Assembly: GCA_964016885.1 (NCBI GenBank)
Contig: OZ024742.1
Span: 20,956,001 to 21,020,000 of the forward strand
DNA: 64,000 nt
Origin: Eledone cirrhosa
Lineage: Eukaryota
Reading direction: 5' to 3'
Under the pieces are notes generated by a model. That model did not search any database, had not been told where the DNA came from, and saw only the letters and a program-made list of their open reading frames with translations. Within the stretch, counting starts at the first letter, position 1. Each line of letters begins with the position of its first letter. The position numbers were made by a program, and so were the translations under genes. This document shows, piece by piece, positions 1-12,313 of this stretch.

Positions 1-116
1 TGTAGTGGAGCAAGTGGAATAAGTGTCTTGCGCAAGGACAACTCACCTCCGGTCATCGAACTCACAACATAACGATCGTGTGACAAATACCCTAACCACT
101 TGGTCACTCACCTTCA
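1..116 (-). mobile_element. tRNA-derived CORE-type SINE, 5' part (continues beyond window start)
   Basis: Reverse strand reads gtgaaggtgagtgaccaagtggttaggg...gtgagttcgatga...gtccttgcgcaagacactt (A box, B box, CORE-like motif). Similar to 42461-42582. Confidence 0.6.
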
Positions 117-198
117 CACACTCACACACAAACATACACACATATATACATATAAATGCACGTTTATATAAAGATGTATATATACATATCTATCTATG

Positions 199-269
<71 letters not shown>

Positions 270-507
270 CATATATATATATATATATACATTAGATTAA
301 TAAATATTTAATATTATGTGATAACATGTTCCATACAACGACCGTTATCTATAGACACATGTATAATGATCTGATTAGGAAACTTACATTCAACCAAATA
401 TCTTTAATTATAGATAAATGTTTAATAGTTTTATTCAGAATGCTTGCAGTTGCTTGACATTAAAATCTATTTCCACAGCTTATTAGTAACGTATATATCT
501 CTTTGTG

Positions 508-795
508 TGAAGACGTGTGGTTAGGTGTTAAGGTGTTTTTGAGGTAGATCGTATGGTCCTGGGTTTCGATTACTGAGAGTGTATGATGTCTTAGAGCAAG
601 GTACTATATTTCAAATAAATTGTACCTGTAGTTCAGAGGACCAGCGTTTTCACGCACCACCTCACTGTGAATTTAGTTGAGAACTACGTTAAGGTTACAC
701 ATAGCTGTGGAGTATTTAGCTACACTCACGTCAGTTCCTTAAGCTGGCTATATCCTTGATCAAACTACTGCAACACTCGTAGTCTGACAAGACAA
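508..795 (+). mobile_element. Degenerate tRNA/CORE-type SINE
   Basis: tgaagacgtgtggttag...ggtttcgatt...gtcttagagcaaggtact resembles the SINE head at 42461. Confidence 0.45.
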
Positions 796-815
796 AGGGA
801 CCAATACATATTTAT

Positions 816-1307
816 TTATGTGTAAAATATGTTCATATATGAATGATTTATCTTAGAAGCAGTAACGTTAGACTGTAGAAATTCAATTCCTTTTCCTAGC
901 TCATTCAACCATGCAGATATCACAAAGCATCCCCTCTGACTCTCTAAAAAGTTTGCCAATCCAACATTCGTGGTATCTCCCCAGAAGTGGAGGATTCGCG
1001 GATTTTGATAACATGTCAGACAGAATGTTTGCGGCATCTGTTCTGGATCAGTGCGTTCTGTTTGTAACGGGAAAGGCAGTAACACTGCTGCCAGAGGTTT
1101 CGACTCACATATAGTATCAGCAATGGAATGACCAATGAAAATATAATTTTCTTGGTCAGATCTGATGTTCAGCATCTTTCTTTTCATTTCATTGCATCCT
1201 CGTAGATAGCCATATTTCTGAACACTCTCTATAGCCGTAGGAAAATCTCTAAGCACTGCACAGCAACGCATCGATTCTTCTGTCGATATTATATTTCTAT
1301 GAGTCAC
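816..1307 (-). other. 163-codon non-repetitive open frame of unknown origin (possible host exon or decayed TE)
   Basis: Unusually long complex-composition ORF for this AT-rich context. No recognisable domain. Confidence 0.2.
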
Positions 1308-1387
1308 ATAGATAGTCTCGACTAGGATACCATTAATATTTAGTTATAGTTATGGGATACTGCTTTAAACACTTCTTCCAGAGGGCC

Positions 1388-1514
1388 CTGTCAGAAGCAA
1401 CCGGATTAGTTGAGGGCGGTTGCTTCTGACAGCACTAGAAGAAGAAGAAGAAGAAGAAGAAGAAGAAGAAGAAGAAGAAGAAGAAGAAGAAGAAGAAGAA
1501 GAAGAAGAAGAAGA
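1388..1514 (+). repeat. 16-bp-stem hairpin followed by (GAA)n; probable LINE 3' tail
   Basis: ctgtcagaagcaaccg / cggttgcttctgacag, then cacta and about 25 GAA units. Confidence 0.5.
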
Positions 1515-2244
1515 ATATTTAATTCAAGCTCTTCATAACAAATATAAAAATATTAGCTTCATGTGAGGAAGGATTAGTTCAACATTGCAAAGGAGAAATT
1601 TACCTCAGTATGTTACTGGTAATTTATAGTCTGCCGCAGTGGGTGTCGTGAAAAACACATGGGTGTTTGCGGTATAAAATTACTTTCGAAATCACTATAT
1701 ATTATTATTAAACAGTGTTTATTATTAATATATTATCTATATATAAGAGTATGTTGATGAAGTTTATATTTTATTAAAATGTGGAGCGGGGTGTTATAAA
1801 GTATAACTATAGGTTTCATGATTTGTGGAGAATCATAAAATGGTTGAACGAGGTTATGAAATTATATAAGAGAAACAGTAGTCTACGAGTATATCAACCA
1901 TGGACGTTTTGCATCAACAAAATTTATGCTTCCGACTATATGTTTTATATGATAAAGACTCTCGTTACTACCCTGTCAGTGTGAATGTTTTGCGTCATCA
2001 TTTACGCGTTCGACTATGTTTGATATAATAAAGACAGACTTTCACTACTACCATGTACGTTGTAAATATATTTTTGAAATACTTTTCGGAATATGATTTC
2101 TAATTTAGACACAAAGTTAATTTTATAATAACTTCTCACTTAGGCACAAGGTAGACCTGCCAACTTCTAAAAACCCAAACGGGGAGTACCATGATAAAAC
2201 GGTCCCAAAACGAGGCGGAAAAGAGGCAAAATGGGGAGATATTA

Positions 2245-2430
2245 CATAATTGTTTCTATTTTAGCCTCAAGGCCAGCAATTACCCAGTACATTACTGGTA
2301 CTTTATTTTATTGACCCCGTAAGGATGAAAGGCAAAGTTAACCTCGGCGGGATTTGAACGCAGATCATAAAGGGACGTAACTCTATGCTTCAAAGCATGG
2401 TGTCCGACCCTCTACCAATACTGCCAATAT
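2245..2430 (-). mobile_element. tRNA-derived SINE, family A (Meta/MESC-like central domain)
   Basis: Minus strand has A box (tggcagtattggtaga), B box (gttcaaatccc) and gcctttcatccttacggggtcaataaaataaagtacc. More than 12 copies in the window. Confidence 0.75.
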
Positions 2431-4339
2431 TACATAATGAAAGCTATAACCATTTTCACAAGAGATGACATCAAAGGGGGTGGGAGAACTTCTCGTCGGA
2501 CGGGAAGAGTTCACAAGTCTGACAAGGTAAAAGGTTTTTGGGAAAAGGAAAGTCGTTTAAACCGTTAGTACTTTATAAGGATTATATTTTATCGACTCCG
2601 GAAGGATGAAAATCAACATATTTCGAATAGGGTGTAGTAATTGTAGCTTGATGGGAAATAAACACGTGCTATACACATCTCACTGGTTAACAGTGCAGAC
2701 AAAGATGTGTATGTACATAGGTGTCATGAACCACTCTGATTTTAAATGGTGGAATATATTTTAGAATGTCTGTCATCAAACTATTTGACATACTGAAAGG
2801 CAGTTAATTTGATTAAGAACAACATGTCATACAGCATACACACACACACACACCCACACCCACACACCCACACACCCACACACACACACCCACACACACA
2901 CCCACACACCCACACACACACACATACATACACACATACCCCCCCCCCCCCACACATATATATATATGTAGAAGTTATATTTGCTTGTTGTATCCCAAAA
3001 AATTAAATATAACTTCTACATATATATATATATATTTATATATACCTCCAATGTAAATATTTATTCGGGAAATTGATTATACAATTAAAGTCGGTAGAAT
3101 CTAAACATCTAGGTTAATATTTGAGGAAATACGACCACTGGACTACTTAAGCATTTAAATTTCTCTAAACAGGGTTGAAGTTTTACACATTTATAAAGTT
3201 TTATATGATGTGAAATATATTTGAAGACTTCACTGTGCTATCCACTGCGTGGTCAATGTTGATAATTGCCCTTTATGAAGCATTTCTATGCTAAAAACAC
3301 CGGTTCGAAAATACGTAACGTTGCCTATTCCTTTATTTGAAATATTAATGCTCTATCATCTTTATTTTTTTTCTTTGCTTTGCTTACAACGTGCATTTTT
3401 TTTGCCAAAAGCATTGTAAGAACACTATAAATCCCATAATGGATTTTCTCAAAATGTGTAATCTTTAGACTTGCTCGTAGAAAGCATCAGTGAAAGGTTA
3501 AATTTATCTCTGTGCCTAGAAGGAACACAGAAAGGCTTATGACAAGTTGTCTCTAGAAATGACACTATCTCATATTGTATATGTTTCAATAGTTTCAATT
3601 GTGAAAAACTCCCACCATTTCGCATATAAACTGCAGCAAAATAAACCTAGATACTTGTCATTTGAGCAGCTAGTTGTTAACCATGTTGACTTTGTAGCAT
3701 TATTGACTATTATAAATGATGCACTAGAAATGAAAGCACTCTTCTCACACAATAATTATGATCTGGAGCCATTCCATTGTTGCTGAGGAGATTCATATGA
3801 CATTGTGAAGAGATTCATATGACATTGTGAGGAGATTCATATGCCATTGTGTACGTTGACTGGATTTGAATAGAAGAACCACTTAAACGAGAAGACCTTT
3901 AAGAAGTACCTTTCTTGATAATTCTCTAAGTACATTTGTTTCACTAATACAGTAACACAACATAGTAATAATATACAAAATAGATCTTATGTCGAATATA
4001 TGTAGCAAAGGATTCTATCGATATTTTGTAAAGACCAGATAAAGCAATATTATTCATGTTAATTTGGTCTTAATGAAGGGGTTATATACATGACATTCCA
4101 AGAACACCAATACCAGTGAAATCAAAGTCATTAAGGTTTCTCTTGAAGAATTACAAATAGACATATGTAGGGGAAACAAGGATAGCATTCAAGAGGAATG
4201 AAGGTCTTGATAAGATAAACTAGATGCATTAATTCATCCTGTTTAGTGGTTCTTGGCTTGATGTCTATGGGCCCTTTTTGCTGACAAAGGTAGATGTGTG
4301 TGTAGGGGAGGGCGTGAGCTCGTTAAACATTTCAAGATT

Positions 4340-4675
4340 GTGGTACTTCATTTTATCGACCCCGTAAGGATGAAAGGCAAAGTGGATCTCGGCGGGATTT
4401 GAACTCAGATATTAAAGGGGCGTAACTCTATGCTGCAATGCATGACGTCCGATCTACCGATACTGCCAATACCCCCCTCATGCCAATCCTCCTAGGCACA
4501 AGGCTAGAAAATTGGAGGTGAAGGAAAGTCGATTAAATCGTCCATTACTGGAACTTTATTTATCGATCCCGTAAAGATAAAAGTCAAAGCTAATCTCGGA
4601 AGGATTTGAACTCAGAATGTAAAGGACCGTAATTCCTCTGTGTATCGAAGCATGGTGTCTGCTGCTTTACCGATA
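4340..4675 (-). mobile_element. Two adjacent family A SINE copies
   Basis: Two occurrences of tatcga(c/t)ccc(c)gtaa...aaag...ctcgg...gatttgaactcaga. Confidence 0.7.
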
Positions 4676-5669
4676 ATTCGTTTAAACCAGCATCTTCCCA
4701 GATGTGGGAACAGCGCCCCATTGTGGGATCTACGTGAGGTTTGTTGAGTCTCAGCAGTTACTGGGATGTGATGGATTTTCTAGATATGATAATGAAGGGG
4801 CCAGTGTGTATAATGTAGGTTTTGTTAAGTTGAACATGAACACTGGCTCAGACCTAGTATTTGTAGCGACATTTGTAGTTTAGCGTGGGTAGAGTTTAGC
4901 AATGTTTTGTTTCAGATGTGTAGTAATTATGTGCTTGTATTATTGAAGGAAACATGATAGGTATGACTCTGTTAAGAGATGTTTTCTAGGTCTCCATTTA
5001 ATATTAGAATTTGTTTGAATTTGCTCAAATATGTTTGGAAGAAATAACTTGCGGATTTTTATATGTATTTGTACAGGGATATTTTATTGGATGGCATAGC
5101 AGTTTACCTAGTAGTAGGTTAAGAAAACAACTTCGATTTATTGTAAACATAATTCTATTTTTCACCATGAAATTTCATATTTAAAATGGCCTTGTGTAGT
5201 TTGTGGACGGCCTTTCACCAACGTAATAACATTGACTAGAACATCTCCCGAAATGAACAAAAATAAAACTGAAGCAAAAAGGAATAATATTAAGTATACA
5301 TACATTCTAATGCCAGGAAATTAAAGATAATATTGAAATTTCAGGGAAAAGCAATAATATTTTAAATGACAGGTTTAACGGCAACGATAAGATTTGTATA
5401 CAAACACAGTCTCCTACATACACTAAATGACAAATATGTTGTAAATATAGGTCAAATCATCTTCAATAAAAATACTCGACACTTGATGTAAATCGTTTCA
5501 CAGAGAGAACAGCTCATTTGAATGAAGAAATAAAATCGTGTACTTATTTTACAGAAGATATCACCCATGCAGGGTAGAAAAAAAGGTAACTTGTTATGCT
5601 TTGTCGAATCCTCAGACGTTTACATTTCACAGAAAGAACAAATTAAAACAACCCATCAGAACATCCATG

Positions 5670-5832
5670 AATTTGGCTGGTCTCGCTTAGGGATGGAGCC
5701 ACATCAGTTGGAGATGGTTGCTACTGGTAGAACCAGCTGGAAGGAGTGTTACGAGGACTCAGTCTACATGATTCTATCAAGGACAAGTGGAAGAAGAAGA
5801 AGAAGAAGAAGAAGAAGAAGAAGAAAAAGAAA
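5670..5832 (+). mobile_element. RTE-like LINE 3' remnant with (GAA)n tail
   Basis: Translation LGMEPHQLEMVATGRTSWK resembles the RTE C-terminal A-x-DR-x-x-W motif and is followed by (GAA)n. Confidence 0.4.
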
Positions 5833-5926
5833 CAATAACAATAATATATTATAGTCCAACCGAATCAACGTTAGATCGCCATTGATTTTGAGATCGTTTT
5901 ATCAAAATGTCCGAACAAAGAAACAT

Positions 5927-6115
5927 AATAATTGTTTCTACTTTTGGCACAAGGCCAGCAATTGAACCATTATATTACTGGTACTTTATTTTATCGACCC
6001 GGTAAGGATGACAGGCAAAGTTAACCTCAGCCGGATTTGAACTCAGACCATAAAGGGGTGTAACTCTATGCTGCAAAGCATGGCATCCGACCCTCTACCG
6101 ATACTGAAAATCCAC
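5927..6115 (-). mobile_element. Family A SINE
   Basis: Same conserved SINE sequence as 2245-2430. Confidence 0.75.
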
Positions 6116-6423
6116 CACAATAATGACGTGCAAATGACCGAGCATCTCAGAGATACGTGTGATAAACATGGGTATTTAAATTTACATGAACAGCTCATTT
6201 TTGGCAACTTCCTGTACTGAAATGGAACTCGTGACTTTTCGATTTTTAGACACTACACTAAGCCACACAACTGGAACCGTTTAATAGAAAGGTTGGCTAT
6301 CTTTTGCCGGTAAATATAAATAGCGTGATGGTTAGGGTTAGATTTTAAATCTAACTATAATAAAGGAAGGTCTGCGGGAGCGTACGGTTTATTTTTTTTC
6401 ATCCCGTTTGTAAAATAAGTTGG

Positions 6424-6943
6424 ATTACTTTGAATAAATAATTGTTTTTACTTTAGGCACAAGGCCACCAATTACCCAGTGCATTACTGGTACTTTATTT
6501 TATCGACCCCGTAAGGATGAAAGGCAAAATCAACCTCGGCGGGATTTGAACTCAGATCGTAAAGGGACGTAACTATTACTTTGAATAAATAATTGTTTTT
6601 ACTTTAGGCACAAGGCCAGCAATTACCCAGTACATTACTGGTACTTTATTTTATCGACCCCGTAAGGATGAAAGGCAAAGTTAACCTCGGCGGGATTTCA
6701 ACTCAGAATGATAAGGGCCGTAACTCTATGCGTCAAAGCATGACGTCCGACTCTCTACCGATATTGCCAATCTACCTACTTTGAATAAATAATTGTTTCT
6801 ACTTTAGGCACAAGGCCAGCAATTACCCAGTACATTACTGGTACTTTATTTTATCGACCCCGTAAGGATGAAAGGCAAAGTCAACCTCGGCGGGATTTGA
6901 ACTCAGATCGTAAAGGGACGTAACTATGCTGGAAAGCATGGTG
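6424..6943 (-). mobile_element. Tandem trimer of family A SINE
   Basis: Three head-to-tail copies, each starting tactttgaataaataattgttt. Confidence 0.8.
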
Positions 6944-7522
6944 AATATTACATAATTTATCTACTCAATTCCGTAAACAAAAATAATTTTGTAAAAATTA
7001 ATAAATTAAAATTGACTTCTTTTCAAAGTTGCACTTCCGGTATATCATCGCCACCACCACCACTTCAACTACCATATATATATAGAAAGAGAGAGTGTGT
7101 GATGAGAGAGCTAAAGAGATTATGATTTCTACACCTGACGCGTATGATTGTGCACATACATCTATATGTATGAGTATATAACTATTATGAGTATATATTT
7201 CTGTCACTAATTTTCTCCTAATGCAGTTTATATATAATATCGTCTTTTTTTAATGTATCATGGATTACGTTACTGATTACATAAGACAGTGTAAATCAGT
7301 CTTCGTTAAATTTCTGTGTATATTGTCAATTACGATTTTATTTGATGTATCATATCTACATGTATATATACCTGCGTATAATATCAATATGCACACTACA
7401 CATGCTAGCAGAAAACCACCCTTACGGTGGTTTTTCTGCTAGTTGTCTTAACAATTGGTGATGAAAATAAATATACTTCTGTGTGAAATCTGAGAGTTAT
7501 TTTTGTCATTACCTGCCTTTAT

Positions 7523-7675
7523 ATCGGACACCATGCTTTGACGCATAGAGTTACGGCCCCTGCCATTCTGAGTTCAAATCCTGCCGAGGTTAACTTTACG
7601 GGGTCGATAAAATAAAGTACCAGCAATGCACTGGCTAATCGCTGGCCTGGTGCCAAATGTAGAAACAATAATAAT
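7523..7675 (+). mobile_element. Family A SINE (internally deleted)
   Basis: gagttcaaatcctgccgaggttaactttacggggtcgataaaataaagtacc...gtagaaacaataataat. Confidence 0.7.
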
Positions 7676-7686
7676 AAAAATATTCA

Positions 7687-7875
7687 CCAGCAAAATAGCT
7701 GGTGGTCTATTTTACTGGGACCGGCAAAATAGCCTGGAGGTATAATTTATTGGGAACGGCAAAATAGCCTGGTGGTCTATTTTACTGGGACCGGCAAAAT
7801 AACTTGGAGGTATATTTTGTTGGGACCGGCAAAATAGCTTGGAGGTATATTTTATTGGGACCGGCAAAATAGCCT
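7687..7875. repeat. ~32-34-bp minisatellite, about 6 units
   Basis: Repeated (t)actgggaccggcaaaatagc(c/t)tgg(a/t)ggt. Confidence 0.8.
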
Positions 7876-8537
7876 CTTCCTTTAACTTTTGCTCAGCTAA
7901 GTTGTGAAATCTGTTAAAAGGTAAATTTCTCAACCAGAGTCAATAGCTAAGAAATTAGGTCATTTAATTAATTTGAATTAAAGTGAGAATATTTTGGTGT
8001 GACACGAAATACACTTATACGAGCATACGCAACTTCAATTTATACGTTTGCTCATATTAACGTGTTAATGCGTAAGGTAATATGGATGACAGTTAATAAC
8101 ATTTTATGAATTGCACTTCGAATCAGAGTAACAACGATGAAATGTTTCAGGTTTCAGTTGGTAATCAAAATTTTAATGTCTCCTGATTCATCTTGTATAC
8201 AATGCAAGCAAATATTTTAACCGTTATATCACGGTAGGGTTATGTTAAATATATAAATGAAACGGAATTATATTTCCTTTTATTTCATATTTATAATAGT
8301 TTTCCGCAAACAATATACCATGGATTTAACGGTGTACGTGAGGTTTATTTACTATGATCGCTCTATTATGAGACATTTGCTTCAGCTTCACAAACAAAAT
8401 CTAAAATCAAGTCACTTACTAAATAAGTAGATCGCTTAAATATGCAGTGTTTTACAATAGATTTGATCATGTTAAACACATCAATGAAAGGAGAGCCTGT
8501 CTCCAGACTCACCTTCCATATATACATATATATATAC

Positions 8538-8602
<65 letters not shown>

Positions 8603-8665
8603 CATATATATACATATATATATATATATACACATATATATATATATATATACATATATATATAC

Positions 8666-8696
<31 letters not shown>

Positions 8697-8725
8697 CATA
8701 TATATATACATATCTATATATATAC

Positions 8726-8802
<77 letters not shown>

Positions 8803-8809
<7 letters not shown>

Positions 8810-8916
8810 GGCTTCTACTGGACTAGAAGTGTTTCATTCAGGAGAAATATTTATCTTCTGCTATGTATTGAGTACCTTACTTACTGTGTTTACCTCCGGT
8901 TGAACCCGCGATAAAC
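8803..8916. mobile_element. Tiny remnant of a Penelope-like terminus related to the 42.9-48.6 kb element
   Basis: ttctactggactagaagtgtttcattc matches 42892-42918 (inverted HHR 3' half). ctgctatgtattgagtaccttacttactgtg matches 48500-48530. Confidence 0.7.
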
Positions 8917-8931
8917 TTATATATATATATT

Positions 8932-9064
<133 letters not shown>

Positions 9065-10063
9065 GAGTGAGTGATTGTCGGTGTTTATTTGATTGTGTGG
9101 GGGATGTGTTAAAATGTTTGTTTTCAAATTTACTTCAAGAAAAACATGTTTTCCATGTAGGTGCTGTGGTCGTGGCAGTTATATGAGCTTTACTAAGGCA
9201 TTAATATAATAAATATTTCTTTTGAGTTTTATGTTTTATGAAACGCCAAGTACAAGGCCATCATAAATAACACTATACACGTTAATAATATTATCGAAAG
9301 AAGAATCATTATTTTATTTTAGATTAAATCTGTTGACAAAACTTAGACACCATGTTATTAAGTGCATGCACCATATAATGTAGATTTAGCTGGAGCATTT
9401 TTATAGCTTTCAATGCATGTATTTGAAAAATATATTGTTTCTCTATATATATGTTGCTGAACCTCCATGACCGCTTGGTTCTTTTGTAAAGAAACAAATG
9501 AGTTCCGTTATATCTAAATAAAGTTTAAAAGCAATTGATAAATATTGGGGTTAGACTCATGGAAATATAACCATAAAAATGTTATATCTTATATTTATCA
9601 ATAGTAACACATGACCCGAGAGAGAAAAAAATCCTATAAAATCTTTAATGGATGTCCATAATTTCAGTTTTTTGTTCAACCACTGTTAATTAAGTTTGAC
9701 ATTTTGTACTTTTTTTTTCAGTTTTTAAAATGTTTTCCCGTGCGTATTATATTATTGAACAATATAATTATAGCAGATAACAGAAGGGGTAAAGGATGAG
9801 AAACTCTCTCTGCAATATTCAGCCGTGTTCAAGTCCCACATTTTCAACTTTTTTTTTTGTCCTATCTAAGTCAATGAAATTATGATGAGCTCTAATATTT
9901 ACACTGCATTTTAAGTTTCAGTAAGTACCCAACTTACGAACGTTCGAAAAAGCAGTTCGTTAGTTGATTTGTTCGTAAGTTGATCGTCTAACACAGTAAT
10001 ACAGTATGTACCAGTAACACCATATGTGTTACATTGATACTACAAGTTTCCATATGAGTGACA

Positions 10064-10069
10064 TATCTA

Positions 10070-10156
<87 letters not shown>
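10064..10156. repeat. (TATC)n microsatellite at the 5' flank of the Tx1-like LINE
   Basis: Directly visible tetranucleotide run. Confidence 0.95.
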
Positions 10157-10608
10157 ACCGAGTGTTTAATCTAGCTGTCGTCTGTTCTACAGCGTAGATG
10201 TAATTCACTTCGCGCAGAAGTTTTGTTCAAATTTACTGCGGAAATTTTGTAAGTTCAATTTTAATTTTGATACTATTGTGTAGCTTGACTCCCCGTCTGA
10301 ACTGTCAGGCGGTGGGTCAGCTCATCTTTACCCCTCCTAGGGGTGAAAAACCTGTTTTTAAAAATGTTGTGGCATAAAAAATTTCAATCGTCTGACAGAA
10401 ATGTTAAACGAAGCTAACGAAAATAGTGGTGGGCGGGACAGCGGTAAGATTGTAAGCTCGCACGCTTTAGTCCCCCCCTTCCTTCCCAACTAACGTCATA
10501 GAGAAGTAAGGAAAAAATTAAATAAAAACAGACGAATCTGCGGAGAAAACTGACGAAAACACAAATCTGGACATTGATTCCAACAACGGAAAAAAAAATT
10601 TTGAAAAA

Positions 10609-12275
10609 TTGCATGACAATATTAATACCACAAACAAAGACACGACAAACACAAAAATAACATTTGAAAACAACATCATAACAGAAAGCAAAGCAGACGA
10701 CAAAGTCAACACCAATAATATTTCATTTGCACAAACAACAAAGAAATCTTTGACATATATACCTGAAAATATTTCAGATGTGTCACAAAGAATTTCAGAC
10801 GCCAAACAATACATAACTAAAGGAGAAAATGGTATTGTATCGGTAAAAATGCCTCAAGAACACACCAAAGACATTGAAAGTCGAACGGTCGTTTTCCGCA
10901 CCATCAAACAGAAATCAAAACAGTACTTACAGAAGTACTTAATGAAACCACTTTCATAAGAAAAGACAGACTGTATGGAAGCCTAGCGATTATTATGAAG
11001 AACGAATCGGCGGCAAAAAAATGTGCTTTGTCACCGATTCGTTCGAAAAGTTTTACCTTTTATCCATCTTATATGGGTAAAAGAACTCAACGCATATGGC
11101 TGGATGCAATGATGCCAGATGTGGACTACTGCTGGCTCATAGCTGGCTTCATCGATCCAGCGAATGACAACGTGATTTCAATTGGGAAAACCACAGGCAA
11201 TGCGTTCAGTGGAACAGGTATAGAACTTGTAGTGCAAATGAAGCCTGAACTCATCGCCCAAATACCCGACAGAATCCTATTAGAGGGCCACGGGTATATA
11301 AACATTAGCGTGGAGGGGAGAAGGCCGTCCTGTCATATCTGTGCAGGCAGAGGGCACCTGAAGGCGGCTTGTCCCCAACTCAACAAAAAGAAAACCCTGC
11401 TACCAACACCAGCTCCACCACCACCACCACAACAGATAAACAAACAACAAAACTCAGTCCCACCCAACCCATCCCTCAGTAAAACTACACCACCACCACA
11501 ACACAAACAGTCACAACACATTACCCCAAAACAAAATACAGGCCCACCCAACCCCTCACTCAATAAAACAACACAACCACCGCAGCCACACAACACAACA
11601 CAGTCTAACATAGTGACATCCATCTCCCCCACAAAGAAAACCAACACGGTAACATTACCAGCAAACATACCTCTTCCCTCCAACACTGAAGATAACCCAA
11701 CAAATTCGGAGGAAGAAACGGAGTCCTTCAGACAGATTAAAAGGAAAAAAAGAAAACATGTGCAAAACAAACAAGGCCAAACAACCCCTACCCAAATGTC
11801 AACACAATCCAACAAAACACAAAACACCCCTCCAGCAACAAACAAAACCAAACCTGCCCCTCCCCTCTTCGAAACACTCACACCATCGGAAAAAAAGACA
11901 TTACACTATACTTACATCAACAGAAACAATAATAAATTAAATGAACTCATAAACAATAATCCTTCGGTACAAACCGAAGGTGTAAACTTTGTTTCTTCAG
12001 AAAACTACCCACATTTAAAACTAATAAAGATCCCAATGAACCTCTACCAACAACTAAAAAAGGATTTTAAGGAGGACGTAGGACCACTCTCTGTCAAACC
12101 CATAAACCGCGTCCTACTAAAAAGCTTTCCCCCTCCCCTTCCCCTCCCCAACACAACGCCAAACACCCCAACCCCACCACACACTGACGACCCCACACCA
12201 CCACAAGACACCCCTTCACCCAAAACCCCCGACCCCATGGAAGTCGTGCGACACCCGAACCCCGGGAAGCGGTAA
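10609..12275 (+). pseudogene. Tx1-like ORF1 (gag-like zinc knuckle), probably frameshifted near 10920-10995
   Basis: CHICAGRGHLKAAC knuckle preceded by VEGRRPS. Pro/Thr/Gln-rich low-complexity C-terminus. Confidence 0.75.
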
Positions 12276-12313
12276 GGTAGGTCTCTACACTCTCCTTTGG
12301 CTTTGCCGCCCAC

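Noticed and set aside
1388-1440. Helitron 3' end (hairpin followed by CTAG)
   Set aside because: CTAG is followed by (GAA)n rather than T, and no matching 5' TC end was identified. A LINE tail is more plausible.
7687-7875. CRISPR-like short repeats
   Set aside because: Units are contiguous without unique spacers, there are no cas genes, and the context is eukaryotic.
9918-9985. Possible pogo/Tigger-type terminal repeat (aacttacgaac...gttcgtaagtt)
   Set aside because: Too short, and no partner end or transposase was found.
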